Source of the DNA: Ramazzottius varieornatus
Lineage: Eukaryota > Animalia > Tardigrada
Direction: 5' to 3'
Assembly (NCBI GenBank): GCA_001949185.1
Contig: BDGG01000001.1
Coordinates: 2,373,324-2,437,323 of the forward strand
Length of the DNA stretch: 64,000 nucleotides
A program made the position numbers and the translations under genes. Numbering within the stretch: the first letter of the stretch is position 1; every line of letters starts with the position of its first letter. This document shows positions 12,701 through 24,983 of this stretch, one piece after another. Below the pieces are notes generated by a model. It did not search any database. It saw only the letters and a list, made by a program, of their open reading frames with translations, and had not been told where the DNA came from.

Positions 12701-15700
12701 AGAACGCAATCGAGACTATCACAAAAGGAAAGACTCGCAAAATGGATGCAGGGCCATTGCTGGAATTTTTCAAGCCTATGCAAGAATGGCTGACGAAGAA
12801 GAACCAAGAGTTGAAACTCATTCCTGGATGGCACAAGAGTAAGTTTGTTCGCCTTCTGTACAAAACAGCCTTTAGCCGCAAAGGCCTGATAGTCCGTTCC
12901 AATGTTTTTCGCATATATGGTGGATTAGAGACTAATTTTGTTTTTGCTGTTTTATGGTGAATTAGTTACCGACTGTTCGGCGGAGAACTTCACAAGCTGG
13001 CTAACTCAATACAACACCGAGGCTAGCGCAGTCATGTTTGCGGATGTCACTGCCTCGTGGAACTACCAGACGAACATTACTGACGCAAACGAAGCCGCCA
13101 TGGTAAGAAATCTGAGTTTTCTCGACAGTCAGACTAGAATATCTATTTCCTAATATTATAATCGAACATCTGGGAATTAATTTATTTGTAGCTCGCCGCT
13201 AGTGCAAATTCAGCAGCGTTTACCCAAGCCAAATCTCACGAAATGGAGGCCATCTTCAACGCCACTGACGTCCTACAACTAAATAAAACAGAGAGGCGGG
13301 TCTTTGAGAAGCTGAGCAAGCTGGGTGATGCCGCGCTGGAAGCTGGAGACTTCAATAGCCTGAAGACGCTGATTGCCAACATGGAAAAGACGTACTCCAC
13401 AGCCAAGGTGTGTAAAGACCGCGGTATCCGTTTGGACATGGCGAAATGTCCAGAGAAGCATCAGTTGGAGCTTGAACCACACATTAAAGACATTCTCGAC
13501 AAGAGTCGCGACCCCGAAGAGATGAAGTACTTGTGGCATGCTTGGCGAGATGCCACCGGGAAAAAAATGAGGAAGGACTATATCAGTTACATCGGTCTGA
13601 AGAACAAAGCCGCTGTTGCCGACGGTATGACTTCATGTGGAACGTGGGCAAGTGAACTGAACCAGACCGTTCGCCAAGTGGCGCATGTTTTCATTAAGTA
13701 AGTTGCTGACTGACAGTATGCGTCACTTGGGAAAAGAATCTATTTGCCCACGTTCCATTCTAGCACTGTGTATTGCCCACACTGAGAAACTCGGACACAT
13801 ATGCAGATGTTGCTTTTGCTCGTCGATGTAGGTTATAAAGACACAGCGGAAGTTTGGAGAGCTCCCTATGTTGAGCCGTCCTACAACTACACCGATGCCA
13901 ACTTCCTGGAAGAAGTGGACAAGTTATGGGTACAGATGAAGCCGCTGTACCAAGATCTGCACGCTTACATCAGGGTCAAGCTTCGGGATCTGTACGGCGA
14001 CAAAGTCATCACGAACCTTAACGGACCGATTCCTGCTCATCTTTTATGTAAGATTACTTTTGGCCCTCGCAGAATATCATCTCACTTATCATCTTTCTAT
14101 CCAATTCTCAGCCAACATGTGGGCGCAGAGCTGGCTTGGACTTCTCGGCGACACACAGCCGTTCAGGGGCAAGCCGCAGCTGGATGTCAGCACCGAAATG
14201 GTCGCCCAAAAATGGGACGCTGACAAAATGTTCAAAACATCCGAGAAGTTCTTCACAGATCTCGGTCTCATCGCAATGCCACAAGAATTCTGGAGCAAAT
14301 CCATGTTGACCAAGCCAGAAGGTCGCGAAGTGGTGTGCCACGCCTCCGCCTGGGACTTCTACAATGGAAAGGACTTCACGTAAGCGTCAGTGATTTTGCT
14401 AGTTCCCAGTCCCCGTGAAAATAATGGTTTTTAATTTTACAGGATAAAACAATGTACATCGCCCAATATGCAGGACCTCTTCACCGTTCATCAGTAAGTA
14501 AAGCTTGCCACTCTTGCTGTCCTTGCAGAAACTAAGGATGGTTAATAAGCATTGTTTTGCAGCGAGATGGGACATGTTGAGTGAGTTGGCGAGGTTTTAC
14601 AATTAATCAGCGCTGAAGTCCATGAAGGTCCACGACCTGCTTCGTTTAGGTACTTCCTGCAGTACAAGGACCAATGGATACCATTCCGTGACGGAGCCAA
14701 CGATGGGTTCCACGAAGCTGTCGGAGATACGTTGGCTCTTAGCGTTTCGACGCCTGGTCATTTGGAAAAGCTCGGCCTGCTGAAAAACTATAATTCGAAC
14801 GACAAAGGTAACCACTTGGCACTACACCATGCTTTGCGCCAGGATGTAAGGCTGTTATTTTCTCTAGATGCGGAGATCAACTTTATGTTCTCCACCGCGC
14901 TGGAAAAGATTGCATTCTTGCCATTTGGGCTGGTTATGGATATGTATCGCTATGATGTCTTTAACGGGAAGATCAAAACTACCGAGCTGAATGCACAGTG
15001 GTGGAAATACGTGTAAGTAGCGCCAATTATATTGATTGGTCATTTGGAAAAGCTCGGCCTGTGAACCCCGCGAATGTATGGAAAAATATTCCGAAAATAT
15101 TCTGCAGAAATAAGTACCAAGGAATCTGCAGTCCAGTTGGTCGCAGCGAAGACGACTTCGATCCTGGAGCGAAGTACCACACTGCTGCGGATGTCCCTTA
15201 TATGCGGTAAGAACTAACCGACCGTCAGGAGGAACTGGTTGTTTACACTCGAATGGATTCTGCAAAGCACGTGGTTTATTTCAGGTACTTCGTTAGCTTT
15301 GTTATCCAGTTCCAGTTCCACGAAGCCCTGTGTAACGCTGCGGGCCACAAGGGAGAACTGCATACATGCGATATTGACAGCTCGAAGGCAGCCGGAAAAC
15401 TTATGGCGTAAGATACTATTGATACATAGTAGCAATATGTTTTCTATCTCAAAGTGGGTGAACCAGTATTCGAGAATCGGAAGCTAAAGTCTCCGTTCGG
15501 TATAGAGACGCCCTTTCCCTGGGTTCCTCCGAGCCCTGGCAGGTGGCAATGAAGAAGTTGACGGGTCAGGAAAAGATGGATGCCGGACCACTGATGAAGT
15601 TCTTTAAGCCTCTGCAAGACTGGCTAAGGAAAGAGAACGACAGGCGGAAGCAGAAAGCCGGCTGGAGTGACGGTGAGCGATATTGCAATTTTTTTCTTCG

Positions 15701-15887
15701 CCATTAACCTGTATACAATACCAAGCCTATGAACCGAGAGGCCCTGCCGAAAGACACGAACACTTGGCAAGAACTGTCATAATATCCAGTGCCATATTTG
15801 TTTGCAGATGTGACGTGTACAGGCTCGCGGACTATCGCTTCGGTACTTGCTCTTGTTGCACTCTTTGTCTTGAGCCTTCTGCGCTGA
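9798..15887 (+). CDS. ACE: Angiotensin-converting enzyme (peptidase M2), two catalytic domains, signal peptide, C-terminal hydrophobic GPI-like signal
   Basis: Signal peptide [20 protein letters not shown]. Each domain has [54 protein letters not shown] and DFDxGAKxH...PYMRYF. Ends [26 protein letters not shown] (TGA 15885-15887). Confidence 0.95.
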
Positions 15888-16467
15888 AGTTCGAAACGTC
15901 TTTTTGGAGGTTTATGTTTCGCACGAGAGTTTTCTTGATCGTTAATGGTCATTTGCGGGTTCGATCAGTAGCTCGATCCATTCTCACTAGCGGCATACAG
16001 TATCCGTAATTAGCTCTGCCTCGTTGCTGCAGTACCTATATGTCTTTTGTAACAGTGCGGTAGCTGATAGATTGATGGAAAATCTTTTTGATCATAAAGC
16101 AGACTGATCTAACGCGTAATTCGCATTTGGTAGTGGTAGGTTGCGTCGCATCTGGATACGGGGCAGAGCTCTACGCCGAAAGCAGACTGCGTACGAGCGC
16201 TGGCTTACTGACGAAACTTGATCAAGGGCGAGTTCGAGTACCCTGCAAGACAGAACGAAGCTAACTTAGATGCAATTTTTTATCAGTTGAGTAAGTTCCT
16301 CTCTGCTTCGATGAAAAATGCTGAAGGGCGGAAATTAATTTGCGGATTATGGAACGGGCAGGTCCGCGAACTCTACCTCGTTTATAAGTATCCTTCTGTT
16401 ACGTCAGCATGGCATATCATGTCATGTCATGTCATGTCATTTGCTTCAACAGTGTTCGAAGTCACGT

Positions 16468-17140
16468 ATGTCACTTGCCCACACTTGCATTCCCAGTCAC
16501 CACTCTTCCTTGCGCATTCTTCCTCTTTTAGTTTGTTGTGGTTTCGCGGTTTCACCTTGCAAGATTCTTCCTGTGGCAGGCTTTGCCCATAACACCGAAG
16601 AATCCCAGTTCGGAATTTGTTAGGTGTATATAGCGTGGCTGTACTGCCAGCTGACGACGAGCACTGGACGTGGAAGCGACAGTACTCGCATGTCGAGCTG
16701 GACGTTTCACATTTGGATGGTGTTGCCAGAGTATCGATGCTGAACCGTTCCTGGGTTTTAGCGTATCTTCCCAAGTCCTGTAATACTTTGATCATCATGT
16801 CGTTCAACATATGTTCCACGCCAGTCATCATGCTGTAAGAGCACCTTGATATACATTGCTTCTGTAATTACGACTGAATTACGACTAAATTGAGTCAATT
16901 GATAGCGTACGGATTCTGTTCGTCTAGGGCTTTGATGGTCCCTGGCCTGATCATCCTCCTAGTGGACCATCATAACCGTGTGGAAGAAGAAGCCTTCTTT
17001 GCTGAGATGAAAAGAAACCCGAACAAGACGCTATCATCTGGCCCCCAGGGCGTTGGTCTAATGGATCTACTGAAGCATGAGCATCACAAAGAGCACGATC
17101 ACGACGAAACAGTCCCCTCCAACAAAGCAAAGACATCCTG
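16468..17140 (+). CDS. Hypothetical small membrane protein with His-rich C-terminal tail
   Basis: Hydrophobic LRILPLLVCCGFAVSP, then exon VYSVAVLPADDEHWTWKR...STPVIML|gtaag, then a phase-compatible last exon ALMVPGLIILLVD...KHEHHKEHDHDE...KTS*. The first junction would need a GC donor. Confidence 0.35.
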
Positions 17141-17662
17141 ACCGGGATAATGCTTCATTGACCGGAATGGCTAACTGTTGTTCCCAGTGATGAAGGGAGA
17201 GTCTTGTCCCGAACGCAGTTCAGGACATTCAACTGGCCACGTGTACAGATAATACACTTTGCTTTCTTGGTGAATCGACTTGCCAAATCGTTAGCGTTTT
17301 CAGTTTCCAAAGTACTGTAAGATTCCTGTTATAGCTTCTGTGGAAAAGAATTCTCGTTTGTGCCTTTTCGATTCTTACATCGTTATTTGCACCAGCTTTT
17401 CCGCGAAGTGCCAAAATTACAGAGAGCTTTTACTTCACAGCCAAGAAATAATTTTTTCCTTGTTCCGATTTCATACCAGTATAACAAAGTTAGTAAATTG
17501 AAGGTATGAAACTGTGAAAGACCCATACGATGATCTCATGTTAAAAAACAGTGATGAGACGCCTACAAAGGTCGTCGGAGAAACTAGGCGATATGAGGGA
17601 CCTCAGTAAATGGTAAAAAAAACACTACGGTAATCTGAGTGTCAGTATTTGCACAGTTGGTT

Positions 17663-19102
17663 TTAGCGTGCCCGTTGCTGCCTCTGTTGCTGTTGTTGTT
17701 GAGCTCCAGCCCAGTTTCCTGCCAGGTTTGTTATGGCAGCTAAGAGACCATCTCCCGCTGCAGCATTCAGTCCACGAGCTCCGTTCCCATGTTGATTATT
17801 CACAACGGCCGTTCTCCAGATAGCTGCCACTTGTGCAGCCAGAAACATGAAGCCACCCAAGTCATCAACAAGTCCAAATAGACCCAGGAAGGACTCTGGC
17901 AGCAGGTCGAACGGCATCAAAAAGTACGCCAACACACCAACTACATAGAGGAGCATCCGACCACGGAATAACAAACCGATGGCATCGCCCAGACTGACGT
18001 TGCGGCTGAAATGCTGTAAAATGCTAGGGATATCACGAATACGGTCGAAGAGAGGGCGGGGCTCGCCGGAGAAACGCTGGTTGTATTTACGGATTTCGCG
18101 TTCGATGGCGACGACTTGATCGGGATCGTCGGGCATGCTCACTCCGGGACGCATGTCTCGCATCAACAGGTTGACTGTCTGACGACAGACTGGACACTTC
18201 ACGCCGGTAGTTCCCCAGGTTCCTTGCTGCCAGTAAGTTGTAATACACTGTCCTGGAAAAATAATGGATGACAAGACATCTTTCAGAATAGAACATGCAT
18301 CTGCGGAACAACATGGAAGACTCTCTTAACTGAAAGCGTAACTTTCATCCATCTGCATACAGACCGTCATACGGTCAGCGTTATTGAGTGTATGCAGATG
18401 GTTGAAAAATGTCCACGTACATAAACTTCATGTCTGTCAGCCACCTACATACAGCACGTCGTACAGTTTGCCGCTGTATGAATGTACGCATGTGGATTAA
18501 AACAGGGTGAATTTTGGTTGTCGATTGTTCAAAACGCTCTGGTGTATGTCTTTCTTATCTAGGAATTTTGTTCGACGGTTTTAAAGTGTTCAAGAGGAGC
18601 CTTACCACAGAAAACATGGCCACAGTTGGTCTGGATCGGGATTTCAGCTGGATCTATGAGGCAGATCGGACATCCCGTCTCGGTAGTATGATAGTCTGTG
18701 GTTGAGTTGGCCCGGCTAATCGGTTGCTCTTCCCGGACGTTCTGGGAGATCAACCACTCCCGGATGCGAGTGACTAACGGCTGAAATTCCCCTCGAATCT
18801 CGCGAGTAACAGTGCGGAATCTGAAACCAAAGCACAAAGTACTTGTACGGGACGCTGAATACGACTTGGACTGAGTGTTCGACTTACAACCAACGTTTGA
18901 ACAGGCTCCAAGCGATGACTCCTAGCACAACCATGACGGCAAAGGCGATGAAGGCTCGAAACATCCATGAGATGAGAACCTCAAATAGTCCTCGTTGGTG
19001 CACTACGGGAGCAGCGTGATGAGAAGATCCAGAGTCGCTGAACAATCCGAACAAGTGGAGAGCGCCGACGAAGATGCTCCACACTGTGCCCAGCAGACTC
19101 AT
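17663..19102 (-). CDS. RNF170: E3 ubiquitin ligase RNF170-like
   Basis: N-terminal TM segments. C3HC4 RING CPICLID...TNCGHVFCG|QCITTYW...VKCPVCRQTV. YNQRFSGEPR. DUF1232-type YFLMPFDLLPESFLGLFGLVDDL. Confidence 0.9.
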
Positions 19103-19399
19103 CTTGAGATGCCGGACGACCTCCTTTACGTAGACAAAAGGCGCGACTTGTGTGGGCAACCGATAGACACAAAGATTCCCGTCCTGTCGATCATGAGTTC
19201 GATTCCTGGAGATGAGAACTGCACGAAGATATCGTTAATGTTATCCGTAAAAAAAACGGAATGGCGATCGGCATTCCCCAAAGTCCCGCCCATTTCGCCA
19301 TATGAGTCAGAAATTATAGGCTTTTAGTCCATGCTGTTGGATTGATTGGAGGAGCCGTATTGATTTAGAGAGTGTTTGTTGTGGTTTTCACTTCCGGTC

Positions 19400-21090
19400 A
19401 TGATCTATGAATCGTAAGGTATGCTCTCATCCTTCTTTTACAACTCGCCAACTAGCAAGAGCCGTGAGTTTCGTGACTTAAAAAGATGGGTTCGGCAGAC
19501 GCTGTGGAGACTGCTCCCGGACAGGGACATACCAGCGAGCAAGCGACACTGTGGAGAATACTCTCTGGAAATTCACAACCTTCCAGTTCCAAATTCTGCG
19601 CTTCGACAGCCTTCGCAGATTCCAAGCTTCTTCGAACCTCTAGCTCTCAGAAGCTTCGCGTGCGTTTTCCTGGAACATGGAAACAGCCTATGGAAGGTAG
19701 AATTCTACTCGGAGAAAGACATGGAAATGGCGTTGGAAAATAAACAGTGGGAGGTGGGACGAAGGCCTGATTAAACGGACAGAGGGATTTTTCGCAGTAA
19801 TTATTGGGTTGTGTGGAGTGTGGACTGTAGCTTGAGCCCTGCGATACCCTTTTGTCATGCTTTCACAGTATCTGTATGGAAAATGTATCTCCTTGACGAG
19901 ACTGGACGACCACGAAACTGTACACCAAAAGCGCAACTGGGCATTCATCCATCGCAATCTTCAGCTGGATATCCTTCTCCATGCTGACTTGTTTCGAAGT
20001 CCTCGTTCACGAAGGTTGGTTTTGTAACTTTTGTTTTTATGACTGGTTTGACCATCAGTACAGCACAGTTGTTGACAGATACTTATGAATACTTCCTAAT
20101 TTTGTAGAGTTTGCAAGGACTGGAGTGATGTACTGTCGCCGACGAGGCCCTGGAATGAAAAGTCAGCAGTGTATGTGCCTTAGAGTGAGCAGCGAGCAGA
20201 TGGACAACTACCGTTACCCCGCGAGGACCGAGGCGAAATTGACTTCCATTCTCCACGAATTCTGCGTGAAGATTAGGCACGTGGGAAACCAAATATCGAA
20301 CCATTCATCATATTCCATTCCGGCAGTGGGCCAAAGGCTGACGAGGTCTTCCAATCATGGAACAGATCTCTATGGTTTAACGCTTACTGGCAGAGCTAAG
20401 TCGTCTCGATGAAATAGTTCTGAGTGGACTGGAGTTTTCTATGTCGGTTTTCACTCCGTCGGATGCAGAACAGGCGGTGTTTGACGGGGAGCCGAAGTGG
20501 TCAAGACCAGTGAAGGTCGTCTGACTCGTCTTCCATAACTGTCTTTTTCGATTCATTCCAGACTTTATGGCTCCAGTGCATGACACGGAAAACTTCAACG
20601 AAGGTTGGCCGTTCGGTGCTCACTTCGAAGGATCGAGCTACGCAGTTCGGCCCCACACTTAGTAGTCCTTTTTGACGAGAATTTGACGCCGTATGAGCGC
20701 CGAACTAGGCTGTATCGCGAGCTGGATGAGCGCCGGTCGTTCTGGCCGTTTCTTCCTGCACAACCAGAGTGGCTGAAGTCCCTTCTGAATAACTGCCGAA
20801 AGGACTTTCTTTTGAATATCGACCCAGAGGACACGGAAGAGCCGCCATCACCGGAAGGCCACGAAGAGTATTCTTTGTGGGATAGTGTCAAGCGGTATTT
20901 GAAGGATGACTTCTACCGAGAGCTTTTCGACCAATGGGAATCAACTGGGGTGATCTTTGATGGAATGCAGCTTTCCTGGCAAGATTGCTTCTTCCACGCC
21001 CTACTGACCGCGGAACGGTATCTGCTCGGAGAAACTTTTCCGCCTTTCGAAATGACGGCCGAAGATTTTGATTTTCAGTACTATCATTGA
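19400..21090 (+). CDS. Putative RRM + F-box-like protein (multi-exon, 3' model uncertain)
   Basis: RRM-like YSLEIHNLP...LWKVEFYSEKDMEMALENKQWE|YLYGKCISLTRL. F-box-like NLQLDILLHADLF...SRR|VCKDWSDVL. Long coding-like ORF at 20605-21090. Confidence 0.45.
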
Positions 21091-21785
21091 CAGTCAGTCC
21101 CTTCACTTCCCTGCCATAGCCGATAACACACGCTATTGGTCCTTTTATAGTTTTACCCATGTAAGGAAAAGATGTAGACGTACGTAAGGTCTTCTTGACT
21201 TTTGAGCATCTGCAATCACAGAAACTTCCGGTTGACTCAGTAAAGTCTCTCCGAATTTCGGAATTTTTTCCGCGTATCTTCCACGTATCTTCCACGAATT
21301 CAGAAGTACTTACAGTATGCAGGAACCTGCGGTTCCCATACGGTACTAGAAGCAACTGCAGTTTGCAGCCTGTTAGACCAGCCGGAAGTTCTATCGGTTC
21401 TGTGAGCGGGATGGCCTTTTGTATACAGTAGCTGTGTAATATGAGACAATCAGGTTCACTCTGACCAGCCTACGTGAGTTTTTACGAAGGCGCAGACACT
21501 TGAATGGACAAAGCGAGCGAAGACTTCTGTGTAGGCTTGCTGTCTGTTCTTATCTCCGTAATTGCGTAGGTTGATGGACACGTCTTCGATAGCAACATTG
21601 ACTTCTGTGACGCGTGGCACGTTTTCCCCATACACATCAACTGAAAGCTCAATACCAGCAACGACATACGAGTACAGGTTTGCATTGCTTACTCTAATCT
21701 CCAGTTGTTTTGTTGTTTCCAGACTAGTTCTGCGATTGCGTGAAACCGCTTCTTTGGAGGAGAACCACCATAGTTTGCGTGTCTC

Positions 21786-23663
21786 ATGATGATCGGAATC
21801 GACAACGAAGTTCGGAGATTCAAGGAGGGGAACCATCTGGAGAAAGCCTTCACGGAGAAATATGGACATGCGGCGGAATTTATTGCTGTTGCACCCGGAA
21901 GAGTAAACCTCATAGGTTCGTTGTACGGTTGACAGTTTCTTGGCTTATTCTACAGAAAAGGCCTTTCAACCATTCTCTGTCGTATTCATTCAATGCCCAT
22001 TCCTCAGCTGAGTAATTTTTGACAGGAGAACACATCGACTATCATGGATATTCCGTGTTGCCAATGGCTCTGAGCCAAAGCATCCGGATAGCGGTGTCCA
22101 GCAACGACTCTTCCCAGCTGCACATTTCTAACACATCCGGTGACAAGTACAAAGACTACTCTGGTTCCATTTCGGATCTGGATATCAAGAAAGGATCTGC
22201 TCCATCTTGGCACCAGTATGTCCTGTGCGGTATCAAGGGCGTCAGCGAGAATGTCAAAAACTCCGAGGACCTCTTGGGTATGAACTTCCTGGTCGAAGGT
22301 CAAGTCCCGCCTAATGCTGGATTGTCCAGCTCCAGTGCGCTCGTTTGCTGTTCAGCCTTGGCCACAACGCAAGTAGGTTTTCAAGCCTGAGCCTGATCTG
22401 ATTTTTGGATGTAAAGTCGTAATGTGAAACTTATACTCAGGTATTTTATGCAAGCCCTTCTCTTCGTAGGCTAACAAGCTTTCGTTCACGCCCAGTGAAC
22501 TGGCCTCCATTTGCGCGTCCAGCGAAAGGTAATTCCAGAATACAAGCTCTGGGTGGGACCTTGAAGACCGAGTGGTCAACCTTGTTACCGTAGGCATATC
22601 GGGACGGAAGGGGGTGGAATGGATCAAGCCATATCCTTCTTGGCGGAAGAAGGCAAAGCCAAACTGATTGACTTCGATCCGTTGAAATCCAGCAACGTAG
22701 TACTTCCGCAACAGGTCGTCTTCGTGGTGGCTCATTCCGGAGTCGAAATGAACAAAGCTGCGACGGCAGATTTTAACACTCGGGTCGCGGAAGGAAGGTT
22801 AGGTGTCCAGGTACGTCAAAGCGTCTCCTCTGATCCTTTTAACTGCGTCGGTAACCGAGACGTTCTTTTTCAGATACTGGCAGTGATAAATAATCTGGAA
22901 TGGAAGTCCATGAAGAAAGCAAAAGTACGTGATTAAATTATACTCCGATACACTTTGCGCCACGAAGGTGCGAAATGCTGCCACCCGACCTAGACGGCAA
23001 AGCCGTGTGCCGACGTTCGCAAAATTAATGACTATTCGTTCACAGGAACTACAGAAAGCCTTAAAGAGGTCGACGAAGGAAATGCTGGCGCTCGTTGCCG
23101 AAACATTCCATGAAGAACCCTACTCACTCTCAGAAATCTCAGATTTACTCGAAATCTCAGCAGAGGACCTCCACAGTCAACACCTGTCCGCTTCCGTCCA
23201 GCATCTACGGTCATTCGAGTTACGAAAGCGTCTTCGGCATGTCTTCACTGAAGCTGCTCGGGTGGAAGCTTTCAGGGATACTTGCGAAGGTGGCGGAGAC
23301 CTATCGGGTGTTCAGTCACTCGGTGACCTCATGCACGATAGTCATGTTAGCTGCCGGGATGACTACGAGTGTAGCTGTCCAGAGTTGGATGAACTGGTGG
23401 ATCTGATGATGAAGAATGGTGCGTATGGAGCACGGCTGACGGGTGCGGGATGGGGTGGCTGTGCTGTAGCGATGGTGGCGAAAGGAAGTGAAGATGTGTT
23501 TTTGAGGTGCCTGAAGAAGGGCTTTTACGAGAAGGATGAGGAAGGAAGAAAAAGAATGGATGATGCGTTGTTTGTTACAGCGCCTGGTGCCGGCGCTCAT
23601 GTAGTTTTCCCTCGAGATGATCTTGATAATGTCGAACTGCCACCTCCGAATAACTTTTATTAA
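21786..23663 (+). CDS. GALK2: N-acetylgalactosamine kinase (GHMP family)
   Basis: APGRVNLI|[82 protein letters not shown]. Confidence 0.93.
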
Positions 23664-24192
23664 GCCTGCTGAATGGAAATGGGATGGAGTGTTATCCGTA
23701 AACCTCGAGATGCTGTTGTTTTGGCCCTAAACAAATCATGTTTTGTATAAGTTGATAAATGTCGCGATTAGGGCGAAAGAGGCAGGTCCAGCGAACCGGA
23801 AGCAATGTGAGCTAGGTAAATGCATGACAGCTAGGGATTAGTACGCGGAAGAGAGGTATCAACAGAGGAATTCGGTAAGTGTTATTGTAAACGGCTAGAC
23901 AATCCTCAAGGTGGAAAGAAAAAGAACGGGATCGATGCCCGTGATGCCGAAATTGTCTTTCGCATTCTTATTCTCTTGAGGCTGCGCCGTCAAATCTAAG
24001 TTTCCACTGCGCTTTAAAGTGTTCCATCAAGTACCAGCACGCTGCTTACCGAGACTGTTGTTTCGTTCTCGTGCAGTCCGCCGGCGATATTTTAGTTTCA
24101 AGAGTGAAACTCACTTTGTGGAAGCATTTCAGCCGCGATGACTTCACTGCGAAATGTAACCACATTACATGCGCTATGTCACCTGACATGGT

Positions 24193-24707
24193 GATTATAC
24201 CTGTCCCCACCTCTCGACGATTAAACCGTCCCGCCTAAACGATAGAGAAGAGTCTCTTCGATGTCTGAGCTAGGAAGCTAAATTTCCCGACGATCCTGGA
24301 CTGAACTACAGAACTCGCAAATGAAAGTCCATTGACCGATCCAGTGTGCCGCGATGACGTAAAGCTCTTTGATTGGGATTGTTGATTGAAGACAACACAA
24401 ACAAGCCGCTTAGCTGATCAAGAGGATAACCGAACAGCGTGCCAAAACTAGCTGGAGATGCGCGATAGCATACCATCTAGTCTGAATATAACGGAACAGC
24501 CATCGAATGAGTTGTAATCTGTTCAATCAAACTCCCAATCAAAAGAGCTTACGTCCGTGCAGTAGTTGAGGACCGTCACTTCCTAATCCTGTAGTTTATT
24601 CCAGGATCGTCGGGGATTCAGCTCTCTAGCTCAGATTATCGAAGAGACTCTCCTCTATCGATCAAACGGGACGGTCTGACTCTCGGGAGGTGGGGACAGG
24701 CATAATC
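24193..24707. mobile_element. Fold-back / MITE-like element with long imperfect inverted repeats
   Basis: 24193-24311 (gattatacctgtccccacctc...gacgatcctggactgaactacag) is an imperfect reverse complement of ~24589-24707. An inner pair at ~24356-24390 and ~24522-24555 is also inverted. No ORF. Confidence 0.75.
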
Positions 24708-24983
24708 CCCTTGTGAGGAGCAAGTAATGAATCACGTTACATGTGATGTCAGCTGTGGGCATTTTCGTTGATTGGGAAATGGGAATGGTTTGATTGATAA
24801 CGATCTGGTGAATCTTCTGAGGATTTTGTTTTTGATTTTATTCCTCCACCTTCTCCAGTTAGCACTTCTGGTTGTCTTCTATCAAAAGTAAGAGAGGCAA
24901 GTACTTGCTCGTCGGAATCTCGACCTGTGTAGAGCTCTCAGGACGACGGCAAGCTGTGAACTTATCGTGTTCCCAGTGTTTAC

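Noticed and set aside
16416-16440. (TCATG)n microsatellite
   Set aside because: Ordinary short tandem repeat.
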